Shown: piece by piece, positions 52,641-64,000 of the stretch
How positions within the stretch are numbered: the stretch's first letter is position 1
Layout of the letters: each line of letters begins with the position of its first letter
Source of the DNA: Eledone cirrhosa
Taxonomy: Eukaryota
DNA length: 64,000 nt
Reading direction: 5' to 3'
Assembly: GCA_964016885.1 (NCBI GenBank)
Contig: OZ024750.1
Location: 45,880,001 to 45,944,000 of the forward strand
Translations under genes and position numbers: made by a program
The notes under the pieces: model-generated
The model's database searches: none
Told to the model about the DNA's origin: nothing
The model's input: only the letters and a program-made list of their open reading frames with translations

Positions 52641-53142
52641 GAGATGTAAATACTTTGGTTGACGTTTCGTTTCATCGTGGGCTTGGTTTGGAATGATTTT
52701 ATTCAAAGATTTTTATTTCTTCAACTATTTCGGTAATTTATTCAATTCTTTATTTATTTATTATCTGATGGTAACAAAGATACCAACCAGTTTCATTCTA
52801 AAGTTGTCGATTTTTTTGCTTCAATTCTTTATTTCTCAATCATCCCTTTAAGCAGAGTTTTCTAGAAAAAAATAATTCTTTAGATTTTTACCAAGTCTGG
52901 TTATATTATCGTCGTTGTTTGAGTTTTGTTTGAGTTTTGTTGTTGTCTTTACTGTTGTTTTTGCTACTGATGATCGTGAAGTTGATGATGATGGTGATGT
53001 TGTTATTGGTGTTATTCATATTGATGTTGTTGTTTTTGTTGTTGATGTTGTTGTTGTTGTGATAGTTTATTTTGCATTTGTTTCATGTTAACGTTATAAT
53101 GTCTCGCTCGATTTCTTCTGCTTTTGCAGAAAATCTCGCCCG

Positions 53143-53230
<88 letters not shown>

Positions 53231-53707
53231 ACACACACACACATACACACACACAGCGACACACACACACTCACTCACACATATATATATATATATATAT
53301 ATACACCCAGACACACAAACACAGAGCACATGCTAAAATCTCTATCTCTCTCTCCATATATATATATATGTGTGTGTGTTGGTGTGTGTGTGTGAGTGAA
53401 TCAGTGTGTGTGTGAGTGAGTGATTGTGTGTGTGTGAGTGTGTGTATGTATGTGTCTGTGTGTGTGAGTGTGTTTATATACATATATTTATGTTTGATGT
53501 ATACATATATTCTCTTGTCTTGTTCCCCTCCGTCTATCTCATGAAATAGTCATCAATAGAAGCGGTCTTTGCGGAAATACTATTTCTGCTACTGGTGTTT
53601 TTTGTTTATAATATTCTTTACAGTGTCGTTTTAATAGACATATACACATACAAACACCCACACGCAAACACATACACTTATATATATGTAAATATATATA
53701 TGTATGT

Positions 53708-53757
<50 letters not shown>

Positions 53758-53806
53758 TATATATATATATCATATATGTATATATACATACATACATTAA
53801 TACATA

Positions 53807-53840
<34 letters not shown>

Positions 53841-53858
53841 CATACATACATACATACA

Positions 53859-53891
<33 letters not shown>

Positions 53892-53954
53892 TTATATATG
53901 TATGTATGTATGTATTATTTATGGTCCACCTGGTTCCTTACCACATTTCCTTCG

Positions 53955-54036
<82 letters not shown>

Positions 54037-54223
54037 GTATATATAGGGAGATGTATTTTAATTATGTCTCATATAAAATAATACAACTGGCCATCCGCAA
54101 ATTACATATAGTTAGCACCCCAAACGTAAAATTAGGATTATACTAAGGTATATCCTAATGTTTGTTGAGTGAGATGGAAGCCAGTCAGAGTATTGCTTAA
54201 AGCTTTCTCTGTTAATGTATTAA

Positions 54224-54257
<34 letters not shown>

Positions 54258-54301
54258 TATTTTCCATATAATACATTCACACATACATATATACATACAT
54301 A

Positions 54302-55011
54302 CTGGCCAAAATACTGTACAATGCAGTTCGTAAAAAAGATAGCCCCGATAATAAACACATTAAAAGCTACAACAATGTGGAAGACATCCATGTACATAAT
54401 ATGAAAGGGTACTTCGTGGAATGTTCCAGTAAAAACCCCAATAAAATGCAGGCATAACAGACCAGATATTATGATATGGGACAGGGAGAAGAAAGCAGGC
54501 ACAGTAGTGGGAATTAGCAGCCCAGCAGATGCCAATATAGTATCAAAGATTAGCGAAAAGGAGAATATTTATGCAGAGCTGATGATTATCCACCCTGATT
54601 ACACCTTCAGATTTACACCTGTGATTATTGGGGCACTGGGGTATGTTAGTAACTGCCTCAATACAAATCTTGAGAAGCTAGGCTTTACAGGAACAGAAAG
54701 AACACAACTAGTTAGGAAATTACAAGTATAATCCATTAATGGAACAGAAAAATATGTAAAACATTCCAAAATGTTGCATCTAATAACTGCATATACACAT
54801 GTACAGATACAAAACATATACACATGCACACATACAACTCAAAACATACACATCCACACATATAATAACATCCATATCTACACATGCATGCAGACATACA
54901 TATCTACCTAGTTGATGTTGTGTCAATTCCAATGAGAGAGTCTTGTGTCTATGTTAGAAACCGACTCTCTCTCTATTGGTAAAACTTTGTGAAATTATAA
55001 AACCAGAAGAA
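54302..55011 (+). mobile_element. 5'-truncated R4/Dong-like RLE retrotransposon
   Basis: HNRPDIMIWD..EKENIY..PVIIGALG. The 3' end AAACCAGAAGAA abuts CATACATA. Confidence 0.8.
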
Positions 55012-55040
55012 CATACATATATACATATATATATTTATAA

Positions 55041-55130
<90 letters not shown>

Positions 55131-55164
55131 AGATTTGAATGGATACAGTTTAGTTGAAAGGAAT

Positions 55165-55281
55165 TTATTGACACGTGTTTCTATAACAGTTACATAACCT
55201 AAAACAGCTATCTACAAACTTTTAGTTATGCAGACATTCAATATTTCAATGTTATTATTTACTGTCATTTCATCAGAATAA
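55165..55281 (-). ncRNA. Type I hammerhead (inverted arm)
   Basis: Reverse complement of 55591-55707. Confidence 0.8.
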
Positions 55282-55590
55282 TATTACTGAGGACCTATTT
55301 AGTTTTTATAGAGAATATTAGGAGGGAGGGGTGAAGTTGTTAGAAGAATAGTTGAAGGAGTGGTTTTTCGATAGCATATCTTTACTATCTCTAATCCTTC
55401 TATAGATTTAGAAAAATAACCAATAATATATTCTATAAAAAATGTCAAAACAACAGATGGGAATCTAATTACTCACTGCCACCAAGAATTCTCACTGCTA
55501 TCGAAAAACCACTCCTTCAACCATTCTTCTAACAACTTCACCCCTCCCTCCTAATATTCTCTATAAAAACTAAATAGGTCCTCAGTAATA

Positions 55591-55707
55591 TTATTCTGAT
55601 GAAATGACAGTAAATAATAACATTGAAATATTGAATGTCTGCATAACTAAAAGTTTGTAGATAGCTGTTTTAGGTTATGTAACTGTTATAGAAACACGTG
55701 TCAATAA
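55591..55707 (+). ncRNA. Type I hammerhead with long stem II
   Basis: TTATT-CTGATGA-aATGACAGT...ACTGTTATa-GAAA-CACGTG-TC-AATAA. Canonical GUC triplet. Confidence 0.83.
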
Positions 55708-55857
55708 ATTCCTTTCAACTAAACTGTATCTATTCAAATCTTTCTATTTTTCTCCGGATTACTTTTGGAACTACAACTGGAACCGTCGAGCAAACTCTAC
55801 GTGAGCTGATAATCTACCGTGTGTAATATTTATATTACAACACAACGGAAAATACTG

Positions 55858-55897
<40 letters not shown>

Positions 55898-56004
55898 ATA
55901 CTTTCCATATAATACATTCATACATACATATATATATATTTATATATAGCGGCGATGAATTAGTTTTGCGAGGTTTTTTATATGAAATCGTGTGTCGAAA
56001 CAGA

Positions 56005-56937
56005 TATTGTTATATTTGGGGAGGGTCATATTTGCGTAATATTGCCAGAATTAATAACAGAACACACTCACTGTTTGGTTGGTTTTCGCTTCTCGCTGTC
56101 TTTTATATATATATATCTGCGATCTAACTTACTCGGTCCTCAATGTTGCCATTGACTGACCGGCGGTCAAAAATAATACAGATACAATATAGACAAACAC
56201 ATATATATATAGTTTACATAATTTACATAAATCTTTCGTTGCACATCTGCAACATCGTCAGTGGTGTTATATTCATTGTTCCTCCTGTTGTGTTGTATGT
56301 CTACGCCATTTTTTTTGTTCAGTCTGTCTATATATTTATTTATTTATTTGCTTGTTTGTTTATCTTATTTTATTTTGTCTTCTTTGCGCATGCGTTTGCG
56401 TGTGTGTATAGTGTTATGTGTGATGTGTGACTAGTGTGTATAGTGTTGTGTCTGCTGGGTGACTAGTGTGTGTTTATGTGCTTGTGTATGTATTTATTTA
56501 TCTTATTTTATTTTATTTAATTTACTTATTTATTTATACTTCTCTTAGGTCAGTGTTGTTTGTTTGGGTGTTGTTGTTGTTCCACTCATTCTTTCTGTTT
56601 AGCTTTGGTCTTCTAATTTCTATTTCACTGGCCTCTCTGATTTGCCTATCTGCTGGGTCATTCCTATGTTTAGATATTATTCTAATTTCTATGTTGTCTA
56701 TGTTACCGTCATGTTGTTGTCTATAAACTATATATATATGTGTTTGTCTATATTGTATCTGTATTATTTTTGACCGCCGGTCAGTCAATGGCAACATTGA
56801 GGACCGAGTAAGTTAGATCGCAGATATATATATATAAAAGACAGCGAGAAGCGAAAACCAACCAAACAGTGAGTGTGTTCTGTTATTAATTCTGGCAATA
56901 TTACGCAAATATGACCCTCCCCAAATATAACAATATT
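56005..56937. mobile_element. Element with ~210-bp near-perfect inverted repeats around a ~500-bp spacer
   Basis: 56005-56216 is the reverse complement of 56724-56937. A related end fragment lies at 57594-57655. Confidence 0.7.
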
Positions 56938-57012
56938 TATATATATATATCCATATAATAATTTCCATATAATACGTTGATTTTCTTCAATTTCGTTTTA
57001 TCTCAATTTTCT

Positions 57013-57153
<141 letters not shown>

Positions 57154-57324
57154 TATATATATATTCTTATTTCTTATTGCTTATTTTTAAACATGATATA
57201 AGCGGCCCTTGTTCCACTCATAAATAAGTGTTAAAAATGGTGTTAGTCTTATTCGTTCTCTGATTATATGATGATAATATTGTTGTTAATAATGCTACCT
57301 TTCCCCTCTTGTGTTTGTAGATTG

Positions 57325-57358
<34 letters not shown>

Positions 57359-57718
57359 AACAAGATGGCGTAGGACAGAACAAAGGAGAGGCACAAAAAC
57401 AAACAAAATAATCCACAGTCACTGAAGAGGTCACAAAATGTGTGACGAACGAACTTTGACAATATATGAACAACCGTCCGGTTATGGAACCAACCAACCA
57501 ACCAACCGGAAATTTATAAATTCTTAAATTTATAAATTTAATTCATAATAAATTGGAGTGAATGCAACTGGCGCGTGTGTTTCTTATTGGCAACATGACC
57601 CTCCCAAAGCATAACAATATCGTTTTCAACACACGCTTTCACTTAAAGAATCTCTCTCTCTATATATATATATTAATTCAAAATATTAATAAATATAGAC
57701 ATTCATGTAATCAAATGT

Positions 57719-57782
57719 ATTTTATTATATATATTTCGGAGGTACTGTGCTGCTTCCTCAGTACATCCTCATCACATAAAAT
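57719..57782 (-). ncRNA. Degenerate type I hammerhead (core GTGATGA)
   Basis: Minus strand: ATTTTAT-GTGATGA-GGAtGTACTG..CAGTACcTCC-GAAA-TATATA-TA-ATAAAAT. Confidence 0.65.
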
Positions 57783-57904
57783 ATATAAATTGATGTATGA
57801 CATACCTCAACTTTGCTAATGACATACCTCAACTGAGCTCAAGTCTGCCAAGACTGGAATTGCACCATCAGCACAGTTGAGGTGTGTCATACATCAATTT
57901 ATAT

Positions 57905-57968
57905 ATTGTATCTGATAAGGACGTACTGAGGAAACAGCACAGTACCTCCGAAATATATATAATAAAAT
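57905..57968 (+). ncRNA. Degenerate type I hammerhead (core CTGATAA)
   Basis: ATTGTAT-CTGATAA-GGAcGTACTG..CAGTACcTCC-GAAA-TATATA-TA-ATAAAAT. The consensus of the two arms restores CTGATGA. Confidence 0.68.
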
Positions 57969-58164
57969 ATATTTGATTACATGAATGTCTATATTTATTA
58001 ATATTTTGAATTAATATTAATAACTCCAGGGAAATTTAATTGTTGAGTGCTACTAATCTATTGTAAAACTATATTTATTGATTAATCAATGAACCTTGTT
58101 TAACTTTTGGTGTATATTCTAAGCCAGGCTAGAGTAGAAAATGGACGTTAACCGATGATAATTA

Positions 58165-58971
58165 AGAAGATGATGATGGTGATGGTGATGGTGATGATGG
58201 TGATGGTGATGATGGTGATGGTGATGGTGATGGTGTTGGTGATGATGGTGATGATGGTGATGAGGAAGTAGATGATGGTGGTGGTGATGATGGTGATGGT
58301 GATGATGGTGATGATGGTGATGGTGATGATGATGATGGTGATGGTGATGATGGTGATGGTGATGTTGGTGATGATGGTGGTGATGGTGATGATGATGATG
58401 ATGATTGTGGTGATGGTGATGATGGTGATGATGATGGTGATGATGATGATGATTGTGGTGATGGTGATGATGATAATGATGGTGATGATGATGATGATGG
58501 TGATGATGATTGTGGTGATGGTGATGATGGTTATGAATAGTGATGATGATTGTGATGGTGATGATGATGATGATGATTCGTGATGATGGTGATGAGGAAG
58601 ATGATGACGATGATGTTGATGAGGATGATGATGATGGTGATGATAATGAGGGGGATGGTGATGATGATGATGGTGGTGATGATGGTGATGATTGTGTGAT
58701 GATGGTGATTGCGATGATGGTGATGGTGATGGTGATGGCGATGGTGATGATGATGGTGGTGGTGGTGGTGATGTTATTACTGGTGCTTTTATGTATTATA
58801 TATATTATATATATTTTGTTTTATTGGTATTGTTGTCACACACACACACATACACACACATATATATATATATCTTTACACACACACACACAGATATATG
58901 TGTGTGTATTTTATATATATATATATATATTTCTGTGTGTGTGTGTGTGTGTTTGTATATTTGTATTTGTA

Positions 58972-59040
<69 letters not shown>

Positions 59041-59072
59041 ATAGTAGTAGTAGTAGTAGTAGTAGTAGTATC

Positions 59073-59146
<74 letters not shown>

Positions 59147-59160
59147 TGGTAGTAGTAGTG

Positions 59161-59226
<66 letters not shown>

Positions 59227-59228
59227 TC

Positions 59229-59264
<36 letters not shown>

Positions 59265-59286
59265 TGTAGTGGTAGTAGTAGTAGTT

Positions 59287-59319
<33 letters not shown>

Positions 59320-59347
59320 TCGGTCGTAGTAGTAGTAGTAGTCGTAC

Positions 59348-59395
<48 letters not shown>

Positions 59396-59410
59396 CAGTA
59401 GTAGTAGTTA
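58165..59410. repeat. (GAT/GGT)n and (GTA)n triplet repeats
   Basis: Directly visible. Confidence 0.9.
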
Positions 59411-59789
59411 TTGTTTTTTGTCTTCGTTATGTTTGCTTTTCTCGTTATTGTTGCTGCTGTTTATTGCTTTGTTTTTGTTGTCATTGTTCTCGTAGTAGTT
59501 GTTGTTATTGCTGTAGCTGTTATTGTTGTTGTCGTTGTTGTATTCGTCATTGTTATTGCCACTGTCATTGTCTTTATTGTTGTTGTAGTTGTCTGTAATC
59601 AGATGTACCAATCTATAGTTCAGGTGTTACCTGCCCCTGCAACTTACTATCTCTTCTTCATTTTATATCAAATAATTCCCTTCTCTTAATACTATTTACA
59701 CCAATTTCAACAAATATTTGTTGGTTTTCTTGTTTATTTTCTGTGTCTTTATGTATTTATTATCAAGATAATAATCATAATTAATTTCC

Positions 59790-60990
59790 CCACCACCAAC
59801 ACCACTAATACTACCATCAACATCACAAACACTATCACCAACACCACTAACACTACGATCACTACCACCGATACCACTAACACTACCACCAACACCACTA
59901 ACGCTACCACAAAGACTACTACCACTACCACCAACACCACTACCACCAAAAACCAGTAACACTACTACCAACACCACCAACACCGCTAACACTACCACCA
60001 ACACCACTAACACTACCACCAACACCACTAACACTACCACCAACACCACTAACGCTACCACCAACACCACTAACACTAGCACCAATACCACTAACATTAC
60101 CACCAACACCACTACCACCAACACCACTAAATCTAGCACCAACACCACTACCACCAAAAACCAGTAACACTACTACCAACACCACCAACACCACTAACAC
60201 TACCACCAACACCACTAACACTACCACCAACACCACTAACACTACCACCAACACCACTAACGCTACCACCAACACCACTAACACTAGCACCAATACCACT
60301 AACATTACCACCAACACCACTACCACCAACACCACTAAATCTAGCACCAACACCACTACCACCAAAATCCAGTAACACTACTACCAACACCACTATCACC
60401 ACTAACACTACCACCAACACCACTAACAATACCACCAACACCACTAACACTACCACCAACACCACTAACGCTACCACCAACACCACTAACACTAGCACCA
60501 ATACCACTAACATTACCACCAACACCACTACCACCAACACCACTAAATCTAGCACCAACACCACTACCACCAAAAACCAGTAACACTACTACCAACGCCA
60601 CCAACACCACTAACACTACCACCAGCACCACTAACACTACCACCAACACCACTAACACTACCACCAACACCACTACCACCAACACCACTAACTCTAGCAC
60701 CAACACCACTACCCCCAAAAACCAGTAACTCTACCACCAACACCACCAACACTAGCACCAATACCACTAACACTACCACCAACACCACTAACTCTAGCAC
60801 CAACACCACTACCACCAAAAACCAGTAACACTACCACCAACACCACCAACACCACTAACACTAGCACCAATACCACTAACACTACCACCAACACCACTAC
60901 CACCAACAACACTAACACTACCACCAACACCACTAACACTACCACCAACACCATAAGAACCACAACAACAACAATATCACCAACACCAGC
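59790..60990. repeat. (ACC/ACT/AAC) repeat with a 21-bp subunit and a 208-bp higher-order period
   Basis: CCACCAAAAACCAGTAAC marker at ~59943, 60151, 60359 and 60567, followed by shorter units. Confidence 0.85.
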
Positions 60991-61252
60991 AAACAAAACT
61001 ACTCGGAACAGCGCCTCTCACATTAAACAGTCTATACCTTCCACATAACCAATGCCATTTGACTAAAGCTGAGCAATGTAATAAATCTAAGACTCACATT
61101 GTTAACAAGGTCTTTACCACCATGACATCACCACTACCAGCACCACCACCAGCAGCAGCAACACCACCACGACCACCACCAACTCCACCACCACCACCAC
61201 CCCCACCCCCACCACCACCACCACCACTACCACCACCACCACCACTTTGCTC

Positions 61253-61335
61253 TCTGAGTTCAAATCTCGCTGAGTTCAACTTTGCCTATCATCCTTTGGA
61301 GGTCGATAAAAAAAATACCAGTTTAGTACTGGGGC
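61253..61335 (+). mobile_element. SINE family B-related fragment
   Basis: GAGTTCAAATCTCGCTGAGTTCAACTTTGCCTATCATCC..GTCGATAAAA. Confidence 0.55.
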
Positions 61336-63923
61336 AGATTCTTCCTCTATATCTCTTTCTCATTTCCTCCCTCTCACTTTCTATCTTTCTTTGGAAGAAA
61401 TCTGTTGTACTCAGACCAGGAGGAGGATGGACTCCGCCAGGCTTAAAATGCCCAGGAAACGCCGTATGTGAAGACGGCGCCCCTTTCGACTCTCTCTGGA
61501 GTTACGGGATCATACATACGTACATATTCTCATGTTCCCATCAAGCTCGTTATCATATATATCCTTTTCCACCTCCTCCACCTCCTCCTACTCCTCCTCC
61601 TCCTCCTACTCATCATCATCATCATCATCATCACCATCCTAGCCGTCGTCGCCAACGTCGTCCTCATCAGCATAAACTAAGCTGTGTTCGATGGGTTCAT
61701 TTATACACCCCTGAAGCCTGCCAACAGTAAAATCAATGCCTTTCTATCAATCTCTATTTTAAAGGTTGTTTATTTTAAAGGTTGAAGAGCATTAAGTGTT
61801 GTGCATGTCCAATATAATCGTGTACGCTGGGGATTCATATTAAATGTTCGGCACGGATGATTATTGGGTACCCCTCCTCTGGTTTCCTTTCTCTGGTGTC
61901 CACGATATAGAAATCTTTCAATTTTAAATGGTTATCAGGGTCGGAATGTGACTCACCAATCGAAACTGACGCAGTGTCACGGTGTTTGTAATGACTGGAA
62001 CTTGCTCTGCAAAAGAATTTCTACATTTTCCGTATGTAATTTTGGTGGAAGTGTCCAACTTCGTAACCGCATTTGTTGTCACATCTCTCATGTTTTACTG
62101 CCATATAAAACTGCTGAGAAAACTATTCGACTATAGAATGTGATCTTCATTTATGTGCTCATACTTGATGTTACTTTGAGTTAAATATTATGATGATGTG
62201 ACACACCTATTTTATATATCTGTACAAGAGGAAGGTAACACCCAAGGTGTAATTCCGAACTACCAAAGAGAAACTACAACGAGATTCCGCACACAAAGTT
62301 TCCCAGACAGTTCCTTTCAGTTCTTATTTATAGAGTTTGGCCAAGTCCACTTTTTGTTACGCGGGGATATTCAGGTTTTTTTCCCCACAACATTAAAGGA
62401 TTGACAAAGTGTCGTTTGGATCACTTTACTCTATGGAGCCTAGGTATTAAGGACATCGTGACTAAGTACATTAGGTGCAGTTTAGATGTGGATACTTAGA
62501 AGCTCTTTGAAGTTATAGACAGAATAAAAAACCTCAATAATTTTAACAAAAGTAGCATAAAATAAATGAGAAGCAGGTGAGATGTGCGCATATAGAAGCT
62601 GTTTGGTAACCATCATAGACAGAACATAGCAGACATATTGATGTAGGGATATTGGAAAATGTAAACGATGATAACTTTTATGGAAACCAACAAATGAAAA
62701 ACTATATCTAGTAGATTTGATTAGAAATAAAACACATTTAAAGGATCTGTGTAAAGGGGAAAATATGAAAGTTAAAACCAAGAATTCCGTGGATGGATAG
62801 AATATAAAATAAAGGGAAAGCTTAAGAACACTAGATGAAAGGAAATGATGTGGGGGGGGGGTATAGTATAGACCCTGCTGTGAGTAGACATTACGTGATG
62901 ATGATGATAACAATATATTTTAGTAATAGACGATGAAAGAAGCTTTCATTAGGGAGTCGGGGAGATTGCTTTGCGATATTTCCATACGCTTTCTTCGGTC
63001 TAAGCTCAAATACTGCCCAGGTAAAAACTCTTTTATTTTGGACACAGTTAAACAAAACATCATTTAAGTACTCGAAGAGATTTTGCTCCCTCTCAGAATT
63101 GGTTACATTATCCTGGGAGCAGGGTTGTTTTGCGCTTACACCCTACACAAAGGGTCTCTCTCTCTTTCCAGAAATGGTGTAGGTTTTTGCAAAGGGCTAG
63201 CGATAACGTGATACATCGAATGGCGTGCCGGAGAAGAAGAAGAAGAAGAAGAAGAAGAAGAAGAAATGTATAGAGTACCACAGTAATTCATTGCCTTCAA
63301 ACCATAAGTATTTAATTCCAACACCAGTAGCACCATCCTATTACATTCACACCATAACTACAGTATTGAATTCACAAGATAATTAAATTCGTCACCAACG
63401 CCACCTCTAGAATAATATTATAGTTTTTCAGCCATAAATATATGTAAATTTACCACTAATACAACGGCCATGACCACCACAATAATGTTAGATTCTAAAC
63501 ATAAGACTAAGTAACAACATTGCCACCACTGTCTTGCCTTAAGTGTATAGTAGACCAGAACCGTCATCCCACATTTTAAATTGAATGGTAAGGAACATGA
63601 AAAAAAAGTTTATTTCTTTCACACGATAAGAAAACGTGAGAATTAAAAGAATAAGAAGATTATACAAAACTTACATTAAAACATGGGATAAATAATCTTT
63701 GAAATAATCAAATATGAGTCTTCGAGCAATATATTTGTATTTAATTTTTTAAAAAGAAAACGCCCCATAAAAAGAGAATGTCCCCTTCTTCTCATTTGAT
63801 CGTGTTTGATTATGTAGCTTAGATAGTTTCTTAATATATATTAAAGTGTTTACTAAGGTATGTTTGATATTTTATATATACACACAGACTTACATACATA
63901 TATACACATGAAAGAAAAATATC

Positions 63924-63926
63924 TAC

Positions 63927-63982
<56 letters not shown>

Positions 63983-64000
63983 GTATCTATCTATCTATCT
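63924..64000. repeat. (TATC)n microsatellite
   Basis: Directly visible. Confidence 0.95.

Larger units (their letters stand above)
55125..55860 (+). mobile_element. HHR-bearing fold-back element (~250-bp inverted arms) in (TA)n
   Basis: 55125-55376 is the reverse complement of 55496-55747, with about 2 mismatches. Confidence 0.82.
57670..58130 (+). mobile_element. HHR-bearing fold-back element (~150-bp inverted arms)
   Basis: 57670-57821 is approximately the reverse complement of 57867-58018; family shared with 20905-21060. Confidence 0.72.

Noticed and set aside
59790-60990. Mucin-like Thr/Asn-rich coding repeat
   Set aside because: The 208-bp period is not a multiple of three, so the frame shifts in each unit.

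Overview
AT-rich, microsatellite-saturated eukaryotic DNA, almost certainly animal. The SINE and repeat landscape suggests a cephalopod such as Octopus, but that is inference. I could not support any host protein-coding gene; nearly all ORFs in the track are translations of (TA)n, (CA)n, (GGT)n or similar repeats. The main feature is a young ~12 kb Penelope-like retroelement (PLE) insertion at 7807-19793. It consists of one full 6222-bp unit with an intact RT + GIY-YIG ORF (Naiad-like Cys motif), a 5'-truncated tandem copy and an inverted terminal piece, all inside (TA)n, with a type I hammerhead ribozyme (HHR) in each terminal repeat. The window also holds at least seven other, sequence-unrelated non-coding families with minimal type I HHRs (CUGANGA...GAAA-palindrome-UH). 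These include a 310-bp retrozyme array with an inversion, a ~522-bp unit, a tandem pair of different HHRs and several fold-back elements. Most show the same 5'-inversion and (TA)n-target signature as the PLE, which suggests an autonomous PLE with many HHR-bearing RNA parasites. Other content: R4/Dong-like RLE retrotransposon fragments and RTE-derived elements in (CATA)n, L1/Tx1 remnants, two tRNA-derived SINE families, MITEs, and a 3-kb minisatellite grown from a MITE terminal repeat. All structures were read by eye; no folding or database search was run.
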